Assembly: GCA_030671065.1 (NCBI GenBank) | Contig: DAOVAM010000002.1 | Location: 1 to 38,477, forward strand | From: Candidatus Aminicenantes bacterium | GTDB taxonomy: Bacteria > Acidobacteriota > Aminicenantia > Aminicenantales > Aminicenantaceae | Direction: 5' to 3' | DNA: 38,477 bases | Shown: piece by piece, positions 29,528 to 37,355 of the stretch | How the letters are laid out: every line of letters starts with the position of its first letter | How positions within the stretch are numbered: position 1 is the first letter of the stretch | The notes under the pieces: model-generated | What the model was told of the DNA's origin: nothing | The model's input: the letters and a program-made list of their open reading frames with translations, nothing else | The model's database searches: none | Position numbers and translations under genes: made by a program

Positions 29528-30577
29528 TTATTTTGAGAGATGATGGTGAATAGTCAGTATATCAACCAGAATGGAGTGTCCTGTCTCGATTTTCCCCGCA
29601 CCAGGTCCTTGAATCGTGACTTTGCCCAGTAGATCCATATCGAAGGTGAGAGCATTATTGGCTCCCATGATTCCAGCGAGAGGATCTGAGAGAGGGAGCT
29701 TCTGGGGTGCGACGCTGGCTTCAATCCGCCCCTTTTCTTCCTTGGTCGATGCGATGAGTTTATACCTGTATCCATCTTTTTTTGCCTCCAGGATTTTTTC
29801 CCGGCAGAGGGATGTGATCCCTTCTCTTCTTGCATCAGAGGGCTTGATGTTTCCTTGAAGAAGAACGTTTGAAAGGATGACGATCTTGGCCAGAGCATCA
29901 AATCCTTCTACATCCGCGGTCGGGTCAGCTTCTGCATAACCCAGCTTCTGGGCAAGTTTAAGCGCGTCCTCATAATCCATTCCTTCTTCTTCCATTTTTG
30001 AGAGGATAAAATTTGTGGTTCCATTCAGGATCCCCTTTATCTCTTTGATTGAATTCCCGGCAAAGCCATGTTCGAATAAATTGAACACGGGAGTCCCGCT
30101 CATAACTGTGCCTTCAATCCTGAAAAACAGGTTGTTCTCCTCAGCCATTTTTTTCAATTCATCGTAAAAAAGAGTCGCAGGTCCTTTGTTGGAGGTCACA
30201 ACATGTTTACCTGTCTGGAGAGCCTTTTTGACGTGGCTGGTGGCCGGCTCGGCCGTTTGGATATCCGTGTATGTCAATTCTGCAATGATATCCGCATCAC
30301 ACTGTTCGATGACCTGCAACGCATCCATCTGCTTTGCCTCGTTGGGTTTTCCCTCGAGATACGCGTCAATTCTTTTCCCCTGCTCCAGAAGATGAAGGAG
30401 CTTCTCAATGTCGATCCCTTCGGGAATGAGTAGAGAGCCTTTCAGCATATCGCTGATTGCGACAACTTTTGTGTCAAAATCAAATGTCTTTTTCAAATAT
30501 TCTTTTTTCTGTATAAGAATTTCCAGTAGACCCTGACCCACTGTACCGCAGCCGATAAGTCCAATTTTACATGTCAT
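29528..30577 (-). CDS. Homoserine dehydrogenase family protein (no C-terminal ACT domain)
   Basis: N-terminal IGLIGCGTVGQG, then VVTSNKGP and EGTVMSGTPV, as in Hom catalytic domains. At 349 aa it ends without an ACT regulatory domain. A GAGGAGG Shine-Dalgarno precedes the ATG. Confidence 0.78.
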   Translation of the reverse strand: MTCKIGLIGCGTVGQGLLEILIQKKEYLKKTFDFDTKVVAISDMLKGSLLIPEGIDIEKLLHLLEQGKRIDAYLEGKPNEAKQMDALQVIEQCDADIIAELTYTDIQTAEPATSHVKKALQTGKHVVTSNKGPATLFYDELKKMAEENNLFFRIEGTVMSGTPVFNLFEHGFAGNSIKEIKGILNGTTNFILSKMEEEGMDYEDALKLAQKLGYAEADPTADVEGFDALAKIVILSNVLLQGNIKPSDARREGITSLCREKILEAKKDGYRYKLIASTKEEKGRIEASVAPQKLPLSDPLAGIMGANNALTFDMDLLGKVTIQGPGAGKIETGHSILVDILTIHHHLSK

Positions 30578-30961
30578 TCGATTGCCTCCTCACTGTAGAG
30601 TTTTGCCTTTGAGATTCTAAAATCTTTGACTTGTGCTGGACTGGACACGGAGTGAAAACACCCATATTAAAAAATGTAATTTTGATAAGAAAATATATCA
30701 TATTTATTTTTGAAAGTAAAAAAATGAAAAAAATAGGGCAACATGTTTATTGAAGAACGGATTGTCCTGCCCTTTCTCAGTTGGGACGGATGGAGAAGAG
30801 GAGAGCACATCAGTGTTCCTTAACAGCATGGATTTTATGGAAATGTGGAAGTTTTTCTGACTGATGACATAAATGATATGCTTGCGTTGAAGATGGATTT
30901 TTAAAAAATGGCTTTGCTCTGTGTTTAGACGATTTCTTTTCAGGAGAGCATCGAGATAGAG

Positions 30962-30995
30962 GAAGGGTAGTGAAAATAACTTTTCACTACCCTTC
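30962..30995 (-). terminator. Perfect 15-bp-stem hairpin downstream of citrate synthase (no U-tract)
   Basis: gaagggtagtgaaaa-taac-ttttcactacccttc, 26 nt after the stop at 31021. It is not followed by a T-run on either strand, so a role as an intrinsic terminator is uncertain. Confidence 0.45.
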
Positions 30996-31020
30996 GTGAC
31001 TTATTGGAATTTCTGAGTGG

Positions 31021-32319
31021 CTACTTAATCTGTGCTGCCATCCATTCTGTGGTGACACTCTTTGGCCGTTCAATAGCCAGCCCAAGAGCTCTGTCCCAAA
31101 TCAACGAGGAAAGAACTCCGATCGCGCGGGATGCTCCGAAGAAGACAGTGTAGAAGTCATACTCTGTGACTCCGTAGTGGAGAAGCAGGCAGCCGGAATG
31201 GGCATCGACATTGGGCCATGGATTTTTCGCTTTGCCGTGTTCTTTAAGGATGTCAGGAGCAACTTCGTAAATGGCACTGACGACTTTAAAGATTTCATTG
31301 TCAGGAAGGTGCTTGAGAGCAAATTCGCGTTGGGCCATATAGCGGGGATCGGTCTGACGGAGAACAGCATGTCCGTACCCAGGAATGACTTTTCCTGATT
31401 TCAAGGTGTCCCAAAGATATTTGACCAATTCGTCTTTAGTGGGGACGCCTCCTAAATCTTCCTTCACTTCCATGATCCAGCGGAGAACTTCCTGATTGGC
31501 CAGACCGTGGAGAGGACCGGCTAATCCGTTCATCCCGGCAGATAGAGAATAGTAGGCATCTGAAAGAGTAGACCCGACAAGATGTGTGGTGTGGGCAGAA
31601 ACATTCCCGCCTTCATGGTCACTGTGAATAACAAGGTAAAGCCGCATGAGTTCCTTGAAGGCTTCGTCCTCGATTCCGACCATGTGGGCGAAATTTCCAC
31701 CCCAATCCAGGTTGGGATCAGCGGGGATATGCTCGTCGTTCTTGTATGCCCTGCGGTAGATGTAGGACGCGATCAGGGGAAGTTTGGCCAGAAGGTTCAT
31801 GACGTCTTCGAACATGGGATCCCAGTATTCCATCTTGCTCATCCCTTCTCTGTATTTTTTTGAGAAAATGGAGTCTCTCTGAAGGGCAAGGATACCCTGA
31901 GAGAACTGGGTCATCGGATGAGTGTCTTTGGGGATGGTATTGAGAACATCGACGACGTAGTCAGGAAGAGGACTGCGCTTCCGCCATTCTTCAGTGATGG
32001 CCTTGACATCGTCATCACTCGGAAGTTCACCGGTAAGAAGGAGATAGAATATTCCTTCGGGAAGGGGTTCTTCACCGCCAGGAGCTTTGGGTAATTTTTC
32101 GCGAAGTTGCGGGATGTTGGAACCACGAAAACGGATGCCTTCCAAGGGATCAAGCGCAGATGTCTCTGTAACCATGCATTTCACACCGCGCATACCGCCG
32201 TAAGCTTGAGCAATTGTCACATCAGAGATCTTTGTATCGCCGTGCTCTTTGAGCAACGTCTTGACCTGGTCTCGCATAGGGCCGAGCTTTGAAGCGAATT
32301 TTTCTTTTAATGAAGCCAT
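31021..32319 (-). CDS. gltA: Citrate synthase, eukaryote (mitochondrial)-like type
   Basis: Long blocks match the mitochondrial enzyme as I recall it: MRLYLVIHSDHEGGNVSAHTTHLVGS, NGLAGPLHGLANQEVL, PGYGHAVLRQTDPRY, KAKNPWPNVDAHSG. Confidence 0.93.
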   Translation of the reverse strand: MASLKEKFASKLGPMRDQVKTLLKEHGDTKISDVTIAQAYGGMRGVKCMVTETSALDPLEGIRFRGSNIPQLREKLPKAPGGEEPLPEGIFYLLLTGELPSDDDVKAITEEWRKRSPLPDYVVDVLNTIPKDTHPMTQFSQGILALQRDSIFSKKYREGMSKMEYWDPMFEDVMNLLAKLPLIASYIYRRAYKNDEHIPADPNLDWGGNFAHMVGIEDEAFKELMRLYLVIHSDHEGGNVSAHTTHLVGSTLSDAYYSLSAGMNGLAGPLHGLANQEVLRWIMEVKEDLGGVPTKDELVKYLWDTLKSGKVIPGYGHAVLRQTDPRYMAQREFALKHLPDNEIFKVVSAIYEVAPDILKEHGKAKNPWPNVDAHSGCLLLHYGVTEYDFYTVFFGASRAIGVLSSLIWDRALGLAIERPKSVTTEWMAAQIK

Positions 32320-32372
32320 TGAGAAAACCTCCTTATAGTTTGAAAATATTATTTCCCTAGAGAGAAATAAAA

Positions 32373-32401
32373 ACTATAGCACTGTACATATATCCTGTCA
32401 A
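32373..32401 (-). promoter_or_regulatory. Citrate synthase promoter (extended -10 type), with a 7-bp inverted repeat at the predicted start site
   Basis: The minus strand reads TTGACA (32401..32396), a 17-nt spacer ending in GTGC, then TATAGT (32378..32373). ttatttc-N8-gaaataa (32349..32370) lies at or just after the predicted transcription start. Confidence 0.55.
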
Positions 32402-32553
32402 TTTTTTTAAAAGATTTATAGCTTATTTTTTGTGAATAAATTTGAGAGGCAAGTCGTAATATTCTATGGGATTAATCAAATGTTGACTTTTGCCGTTTGA
32501 AATAGTTTATTAATGAAGGCAAATCCTTTTATTTCTGTTTCTAGGAGAAGATT

Positions 32554-33111
32554 ATGGAAATTGGATTAATCGTCGTTCTGGTCATCGCAGGCATGGTTGT
32601 GATGTTTGCTATCGGTGTTTACAACGGCCTCGTGACCTTGAGAAACAGGTGCAATAACGCCTGGGCCCAGGTAGATGTTCAACTGAGGCGTAGATATGAC
32701 CTCATCCCGAATTTGGTGGAGACTGTCAAAGGCTATGCCAAGCATGAAAGAGAGGCATTTCAGAAGGTTACTGAGGCACGGTCTCAAGCCATTAACGCAG
32801 GAACTGTCAAGGAACAGGGTGTTGCAGAGAACATGCTGACCGGTGCGTTGAAGTCGCTCTTTGCTGTGGTTGAAAATTATCCTGATCTCAAGGCGAATCA
32901 GAATTTTCTGATGCTTCAGGAAGAGCTGGCCGGTACAGAAGGAAAAATCGCTTATGCCCGGCAGTTTTTCAACGATAATGTCATGAAATTCAACCTTAAA
33001 CAACAGGTCTTTCCATCCAATATCATTGCCAACATGTTTAACTTCAAAGAAAAAGAGTACTTTGAGATCGAAGAGCCGGAAGCCAGAGGACCTGTCGAGG
33101 TGAAGTTTTAA
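32554..33111 (+). CDS. lemA: LemA-family membrane protein
   Basis: An N-terminal TM helix, then [33 protein letters not shown], the LemA signature. 185 aa. Confidence 0.9.
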   Translation: MEIGLIVVLVIAGMVVMFAIGVYNGLVTLRNRCNNAWAQVDVQLRRRYDLIPNLVETVKGYAKHEREAFQKVTEARSQAINAGTVKEQGVAENMLTGALKSLFAVVENYPDLKANQNFLMLQEELAGTEGKIAYARQFFNDNVMKFNLKQQVFPSNIIANMFNFKEKEYFEIEEPEARGPVEVKF

Positions 33112-33162
33112 TCCTTGCGCTTTATCAAAGAAGAAAGAGCCTAAACTCCTGTCTAGATCCAG

Positions 33163-34053
33163 ATGTACGAGCAAATCGCAAGTAACAAAAGAAAGTCCTT
33201 TTTTCTCATCCTGTTCTTTCTCTGTCTGGTTTTTGCATTAGCCTGGTTGTTTGGCGAACTGACGAATTTAGGTCCCTCTGGATTGGTTCTGGCTGGCATC
33301 ATCGCTGTGGCCATGACATTCGGCAGTTATTACTCGAGCGATAAAATCGTTCTGGCGATAAGCCGCGCCCGACCTGTGAAGAAGAAAGATTATCCTCATC
33401 TTTATAATGTTGTGGAGGGATTGGCCATCGCTGCGGGATTGCCCAAGCCCCGCTGTTACATCATCGATGACACCGCGCCCAATGCTTTTGCGTCCGGCCG
33501 GAATCCAAAAAATTCTGTGATTGTTGTCACTTCAGGTCTACTTGATAAATTGAACCGGGCAGAATTGGAGGGAGTGATCGCACACGAGATGGCGCACATC
33601 AAGAATTATGATATTCTTGTTATGACTCTGGCTGTTGTCATGGTTGGAGTTGTCGCCCTTCTCAGCGATTGGATCCTGAGGACTTTTCTGTGGGGAGGAG
33701 CAAGGAGACGGAGCAGCAAGGAAGGAGGAAACATTGGTGCGATCATCGTCGTAGTTGGTTTGATCCTGGCAATATTTTCTCCTTTTATCGCGCAGCTTAT
33801 CCGATTGGCTGTCTCACGGAAGAGAGAATTCCTGGCCGATGCGAACGGGGCCTTCCTCACACGGTATCCTCCTGGTCTGGCTTCAGCTCTCAAGAAGCTG
33901 GCGGCGGATAAAGAGCCTCTTGAGGCTGCCAACAAGGCGACAGCTCATCTCTACATCATCAATCCACTCAAGGGCGCAAAGGGAGCGGTGAACAAGCTCT
34001 TCAGCACTCACCCTCCCACCCAAGAAAGGGTAGCTGCCCTGGAAAAGATGTAG
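33163..34053 (+). CDS. M48-family (HtpX-like) zinc metalloprotease
   Basis: HEMAHI (HExxH), four TM segments, a downstream EFLAD glutamate motif, and C-terminal STHPPTQERV. 296 aa. Confidence 0.88.
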   Translation: MYEQIASNKRKSFFLILFFLCLVFALAWLFGELTNLGPSGLVLAGIIAVAMTFGSYYSSDKIVLAISRARPVKKKDYPHLYNVVEGLAIAAGLPKPRCYIIDDTAPNAFASGRNPKNSVIVVTSGLLDKLNRAELEGVIAHEMAHIKNYDILVMTLAVVMVGVVALLSDWILRTFLWGGARRRSSKEGGNIGAIIVVVGLILAIFSPFIAQLIRLAVSRKREFLADANGAFLTRYPPGLASALKKLAADKEPLEAANKATAHLYIINPLKGAKGAVNKLFSTHPPTQERVAALEKM

Positions 34054-34150
34054 GGCATCAGGAAAAATCTTATTTTCTATCCACGAATTCAGTTCATTAA
34101 AATTGTTTCAATTTAAAAAGACTATTTTGATATTTGACAGACATAATATA

Positions 34151-34199
34151 TTAGATAGAAATAAAATTTTAGATGGATATAGAATATTAGATGGATATA
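34151..34199 (+). repeat. Three phased 13-bp direct repeats (18-bp period) upstream of tRNA-Asp
   Basis: ttagatagaaata (34151), ttagatggatata (34169) and ttagatggatata (34187). Start-to-start spacing is exactly 18 bp. Confidence 0.8.
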
Positions 34200-34298
34200 A
34201 ACAATCTGACCTTATGAGAAATAAATACCATTGTGATAAATGAGTGTCATTGCGAGCAAAGCGTGGCAATCTCATAGGTTATAGATTTTTGAAAACTG

Positions 34299-34328
34299 TT
34301 GAAAGACGCAAGGGTTTGATATTATAAT
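34299..34328 (+). promoter_or_regulatory. Candidate tRNA-Asp promoter
   Basis: TTGAAA (34299..34304), an 18-nt spacer, then TATAAT (34323..34328), 15 nt before the mature tRNA 5' end. Confidence 0.5.
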
Positions 34329-34342
34329 TGTAATTCCTTGGT

Positions 34343-34419
34343 GGGGTCGTAGTTCAGTTGGTTAGAACGCAGGCCTGTCACGCCTGAGGTCGCGAGTTCG
34401 AGTCTCGTCGGCCCCGCCA
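34343..34419 (+). tRNA. tRNA-Asp (anticodon GUC), CCA encoded
   Basis: GGGGTCG-TA-GTTC-AGTTGGTTA-GAAC-G-CAGGC-CTGTCAC-GCCTG-AGGTC-GCGAG-TTCGAGT-CTCGT-CGGCCCC-G-CCA. A complete cloverleaf with anticodon loop CT-GTC-AC. Confidence 0.92.
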
Positions 34420-34472
34420 GATAACCTACCTGTTTTCCCCTGGTTTTTCAGTCGTTTCTTTAGCTTTATTTT

Positions 34473-34545
34473 TTAAGCACAGTTAGCCGGAATTGGGCGT
34501 TTTTTAGCAAAATCTGTTACATTTTTGTTACACGGGGAAAGGTCT
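34473..34545. repeat. 73-bp tRNA-distal module, right copy (inverted partner at 800..872)
   Basis: 66/73 identical to the reverse complement of 800..872. It lies 53 nt beyond the tRNA-Asp 3' end. It contains two GTTACA hexamers 11 nt apart (start to start). These are conserved in both copies, while the spacer between them differs. Confidence 0.9.
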
Positions 34546-34555
34546 GCACTATCAT

Positions 34556-34584
34556 TTGACATCAAATTTCTCCAGTGCTATAAG
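34556..34584 (+). promoter_or_regulatory. Strong sigma70-type promoter (extended -10) driving the orphan 129-aa gene
   Basis: TTGACA (34556..34561), a 17-nt spacer ending in GTGC, then TATAAG (34579..34584), starting 11 nt after the 73-bp module. Confidence 0.55.
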
Positions 34585-34699
34585 TCATAGAGTCACAGCT
34601 TGGGAGTAAGATGAGCCCAGAGTGGAGGGAAGAATTTCTGCTTAAACCAAAAGAGCAGACTTCTATCTCCCTATCAATAAACTACAAAAGGAGGGAACG

Positions 34700-35089
34700 A
34701 TGGGAGAAAAGCTTTTATTAATATTATTGGGCGCAGGCTTAGGATTTCTTATCAAATCGTATTCGGAACGAACGTATCAAACAAGGAATATCAAGAGGCA
34801 AGAAGAAAATCAAAAAAGAGAAGATCGTATTATTGTTACCAAAATACAGGATGCTCTTTCGGTATTTATGAAAATGATTGAATCGGAAAAGAGTGGGAAA
34901 TCATCCTCTCAATTTTATGATGAGTTATACAGTTTAAGTTTCAAAATACAGCATGAAGAAAACAAATTATTAGCCAATGAAATCCAATATTTCGTTCAGG
35001 AGCATAGAGGACATGATCCATCATTTTATAAATCACTGGGCGAAGATATTGATAAATTAAAATCGAAAGTCATGGCTGCCCTGGCTTGA
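34700..35089 (+). CDS. Hypothetical membrane-anchored protein, 129 aa
   Basis: AAGGAGGG Shine-Dalgarno 6 nt upstream. One N-terminal TM helix (LLLILLGAGLGFLI), then a charged helical region. No family recognised. Confidence 0.6.
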   Translation: MGEKLLLILLGAGLGFLIKSYSERTYQTRNIKRQEENQKREDRIIVTKIQDALSVFMKMIESEKSGKSSSQFYDELYSLSFKIQHEENKLLANEIQYFVQEHRGHDPSFYKSLGEDIDKLKSKVMAALA

Positions 35090-35245
35090 AAGAGGCGCTG
35101 ATCTTGGTACTGCTGAGGCTGTGGACAAGAAGTCGAGACGAGCTGTTCTCAAAGGCCAATAATTAACCTCTATCCCCCCATGCAATATATAGCCTAAGGT
35201 TTGTCCTTTCTTTTTTTACAGCTTGAAATGGATAAAAATGAGTGA

Positions 35246-36442
35246 TTAGGTCTTTTTTGTCTTGAACCAACCTTGAGTTCGAAGACAGATCCTCACAAGC
35301 ATAAGCATCACCGGTACCTCGATGAGGACTCCGACTACAGTCGCTAAAGCCGCTCCTGACGAGAGTCCAAAAAGCATGACTGCTGTGGCGATGGCGACTT
35401 CAAAGTGATTGGAGGCTCCGATCATTGCAGAGGGGGCAGCATCGCGATAAGATAGTTTTAATGCTCTTGCCAATCCATAAGCGAGCCAGAAAATAAGATT
35501 CGTTTGAAGAAAAAGCGGAATGGCAATCCAGAGTATGGTTAAAGGATTGGAGAGTATTACGTTACCTTTGAAGGAAAACAGAAGAACAAGGGTCACTAAG
35601 AGGGCAGAAATGGTCACAGGTGTAAGAATATGCAAGAATTTTGTGTTGAACCAATCTAGGCCTTTTTTCGTGATAATCAATTTTCGTGAGAAATATCCTG
35701 CGACAAGTGGCAAAGCGACATAAATTCCGATGGATAGCAATAAGGCTTTCCAAGGGACTGGAAGACGACCAATGCCCAGAAGGAATCCACCCAGAGGGCC
35801 GTACAGGAGAAGCATAGTCAGAGAATTTATCGCGACCATGATCAGTGTGTGCCCATCATTGCCTTTAGCAAGATAACCCCAGACTAAGACCATGGCTGTG
35901 CAGGGAGCTATGCCGAGCAGGATACATCCAGCGAGGTAGCTCCGCCACAGCGGAACGGCCAACATCTTGATCCCATCCATCAGGACAACTGTACCCGCAC
36001 CGTATTCTGCACCAACAGGAAGGTCTAGGCCCAAAGGCATTTTGATATGATCGATGGCTTCTGCTCCGATCAAGTTTTTAAACAGTATTCCGAGAAACAG
36101 AACAGCGATGGCGTACATCGTGAACGGCTTGATGGCCCAATTCACAAAGAGAGTCAGGCTGACCGGTTTGATATTCTTTCCTGCCTTGAGTACATCTGCA
36201 AAGTCTATCTTGACCATGATCGGATACATCATGAAAAAAAGGCAGACAGCTATGGGAATAGAAACCACAGGGGCTTCATTGACATAAAACGCAAGTCCGT
36301 CTAAAAAGACCGCCGCCTTTGGAGCCAGCTTTCCTAGAAGGATTCCCGCAATAATGCAGAGAATGACCCAAGCAGACAAATAACGCTCAAAAAAGCCGAG
36401 TCCTTTTGACTCTTTGGTGATACAGGCTTTGTCTTCCATCAA
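35246..36442 (-). CDS. acr3: ACR3-family arsenite efflux permease
   Basis: [23 protein letters not shown]-terminal motif, about 10 TM segments, 398 aa. It lies downstream of arsR and a DGC-domain gene. Confidence 0.88.
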   Translation of the reverse strand: MMEDKACITKESKGLGFFERYLSAWVILCIIAGILLGKLAPKAAVFLDGLAFYVNEAPVVSIPIAVCLFFMMYPIMVKIDFADVLKAGKNIKPVSLTLFVNWAIKPFTMYAIAVLFLGILFKNLIGAEAIDHIKMPLGLDLPVGAEYGAGTVVLMDGIKMLAVPLWRSYLAGCILLGIAPCTAMVLVWGYLAKGNDGHTLIMVAINSLTMLLLYGPLGGFLLGIGRLPVPWKALLLSIGIYVALPLVAGYFSRKLIITKKGLDWFNTKFLHILTPVTISALLVTLVLLFSFKGNVILSNPLTILWIAIPLFLQTNLIFWLAYGLARALKLSYRDAAPSAMIGASNHFEVAIATAVMLFGLSSGAALATVVGVLIEVPVMLMLVRICLRTQGWFKTKKT

Positions 36443-36554
36443 GAATACTCCTTTGAATTATGTTGTGTGCAGAACAGCTTGTTGGAAATATTTAGAAATT
36501 GAATGATTGAGAGTTTCTTCGTTTATCTCCCTCTCCGAGACAGTTAAAAGGGCT

Positions 36555-36932
36555 TCAAGAGCCAAGCCTCACAAGTGCTGCATTAACCACTGTGGAAACA
36601 TTTTCCTCCGTTTCAGGAGATTTTCCTTTTTCCATGTCAAGATCTGTAACCTTGATGTGTTCGAACTCATTGAAACCGGCTTCCTCCAGACAAAGTTTTG
36701 TGCAATCCAGCGGACACCCATCGATGGCTAGAATTTTTGAAGCTTCTTTTGTGGTTTCCATGATCCCTTTCACGCGTCCCCCAATGCCAGCAAGACAGTA
36801 CATTTTACCCTTTCCGTCCGCTGTGAGCTTTCTTGCCGCTCTGTCTGTGATCGCTCCCACATCCGCAGCACCTGAACACGCAAAAATCAGTATCGGAGTT
36901 GCGGTGCAAAGATTTTCATTGGAATCGTTCAT
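36555..36932 (-). CDS. DGC-domain putative zinc-binding protein
   Basis: IFACSGAADVG and LAIDGCPLDC motifs. 125 aa. From recall, this family is often found in ars operons. Confidence 0.7.
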   Translation of the reverse strand: MNDSNENLCTATPILIFACSGAADVGAITDRAARKLTADGKGKMYCLAGIGGRVKGIMETTKEASKILAIDGCPLDCTKLCLEEAGFNEFEHIKVTDLDMEKGKSPETEENVSTVVNAALVRLGS

Positions 36933-36967
36933 TGTATCCTCCCTGTTTGCATTTCAGATTAGAAAAA

Positions 36968-37303
36968 TCATCTCATTACAGCTAATCGATCTTTCACCTG
37001 CTCTTTAAGAACATCCTCCACACAATCCAAAAAATTGAGTACGCATTGCATACGCAAACTGTAAAAAACTTGCTTTCCGCGTTTCTCATCAATGATCAAG
37101 CCTGCATTTTTAAGGATAGATAAGTGCTTCGACACTGTAGACATGTCCGCTCCTATCATTTTTGTGAGTTCATTCACACAATGTGGCTTTTTGGAGAGTT
37201 CTTCAACCATGATCAAACGCGTTGGATGGGCCAGAGCTTTGAGGATATTTGCCCGTGCCTCGAAGCGAGTTTTCTGTTTTTTTGTTATTTTCACATTTGG
37301 CAT
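36968..37303 (-). CDS. arsR: ArsR/SmtB-family metalloregulator
   Basis: wHTH core ILKALAHPTRLIMVEEL...HCVNELTKMIGADMSTVSKHLSILKNAGLI. I chose the start at ATG 37303 (MPNVKI...). The longer ORF to 37462 would overlap the upstream porin gene. Confidence 0.85.
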   Translation of the reverse strand: MPNVKITKKQKTRFEARANILKALAHPTRLIMVEELSKKPHCVNELTKMIGADMSTVSKHLSILKNAGLIIDEKRGKQVFYSLRMQCVLNFLDCVEDVLKEQVKDRLAVMR

Positions 37304-37355
37304 AATAACCAAATAATAATTATGTGTCAAATAGAAAAAGGATGGGAGTTCAGAG

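Noticed and set aside
32566-33174. A 202-aa minus-strand ORF covering the whole of lemA.
   Set aside because: It is antisense to a gene with a clear LemA signature. It has no RBS and no motifs. Long antisense frames are expected where the sense codon bias suppresses antisense stop codons.
34151-34199. Possible CRISPR-like array.
   Set aside because: The repeats are 13 bp with 5-bp gaps and are AT-rich, and no cas genes are present. Nothing else in the window has repeat-spacer periodicity.
34246-34272. A short hairpin-like motif, cattgcgagcaaagcgtggcaatc, upstream of tRNA-Asp. It resembles a sequence I have seen in spurious small ORFs in metagenome bins.
   Set aside because: The stem is only 5 bp (attgc/gcaat). 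It occurs once in the window, and my recollection of the motif is too vague to assign a function.
34611-34721. A 36-codon ORF (MSPEWREEFLLKPKEQ...) in the leader of the 129-aa orphan gene, overlapping its start.
   Set aside because: The GGGAG lies only 4 nt from the ATG, the composition is hydrophilic and unremarkable, and the ORF reads through the strong SD and ATG of the downstream gene in another frame. It cannot be told apart from chance.
35061-35162. An open frame ending ...GADLGTAEAVDKKSRRAVLKGQ-stop after the orphan gene, possibly a gene remnant.
   Set aside because: It has only 33 sense codons, no start codon, and no recognisable motif.
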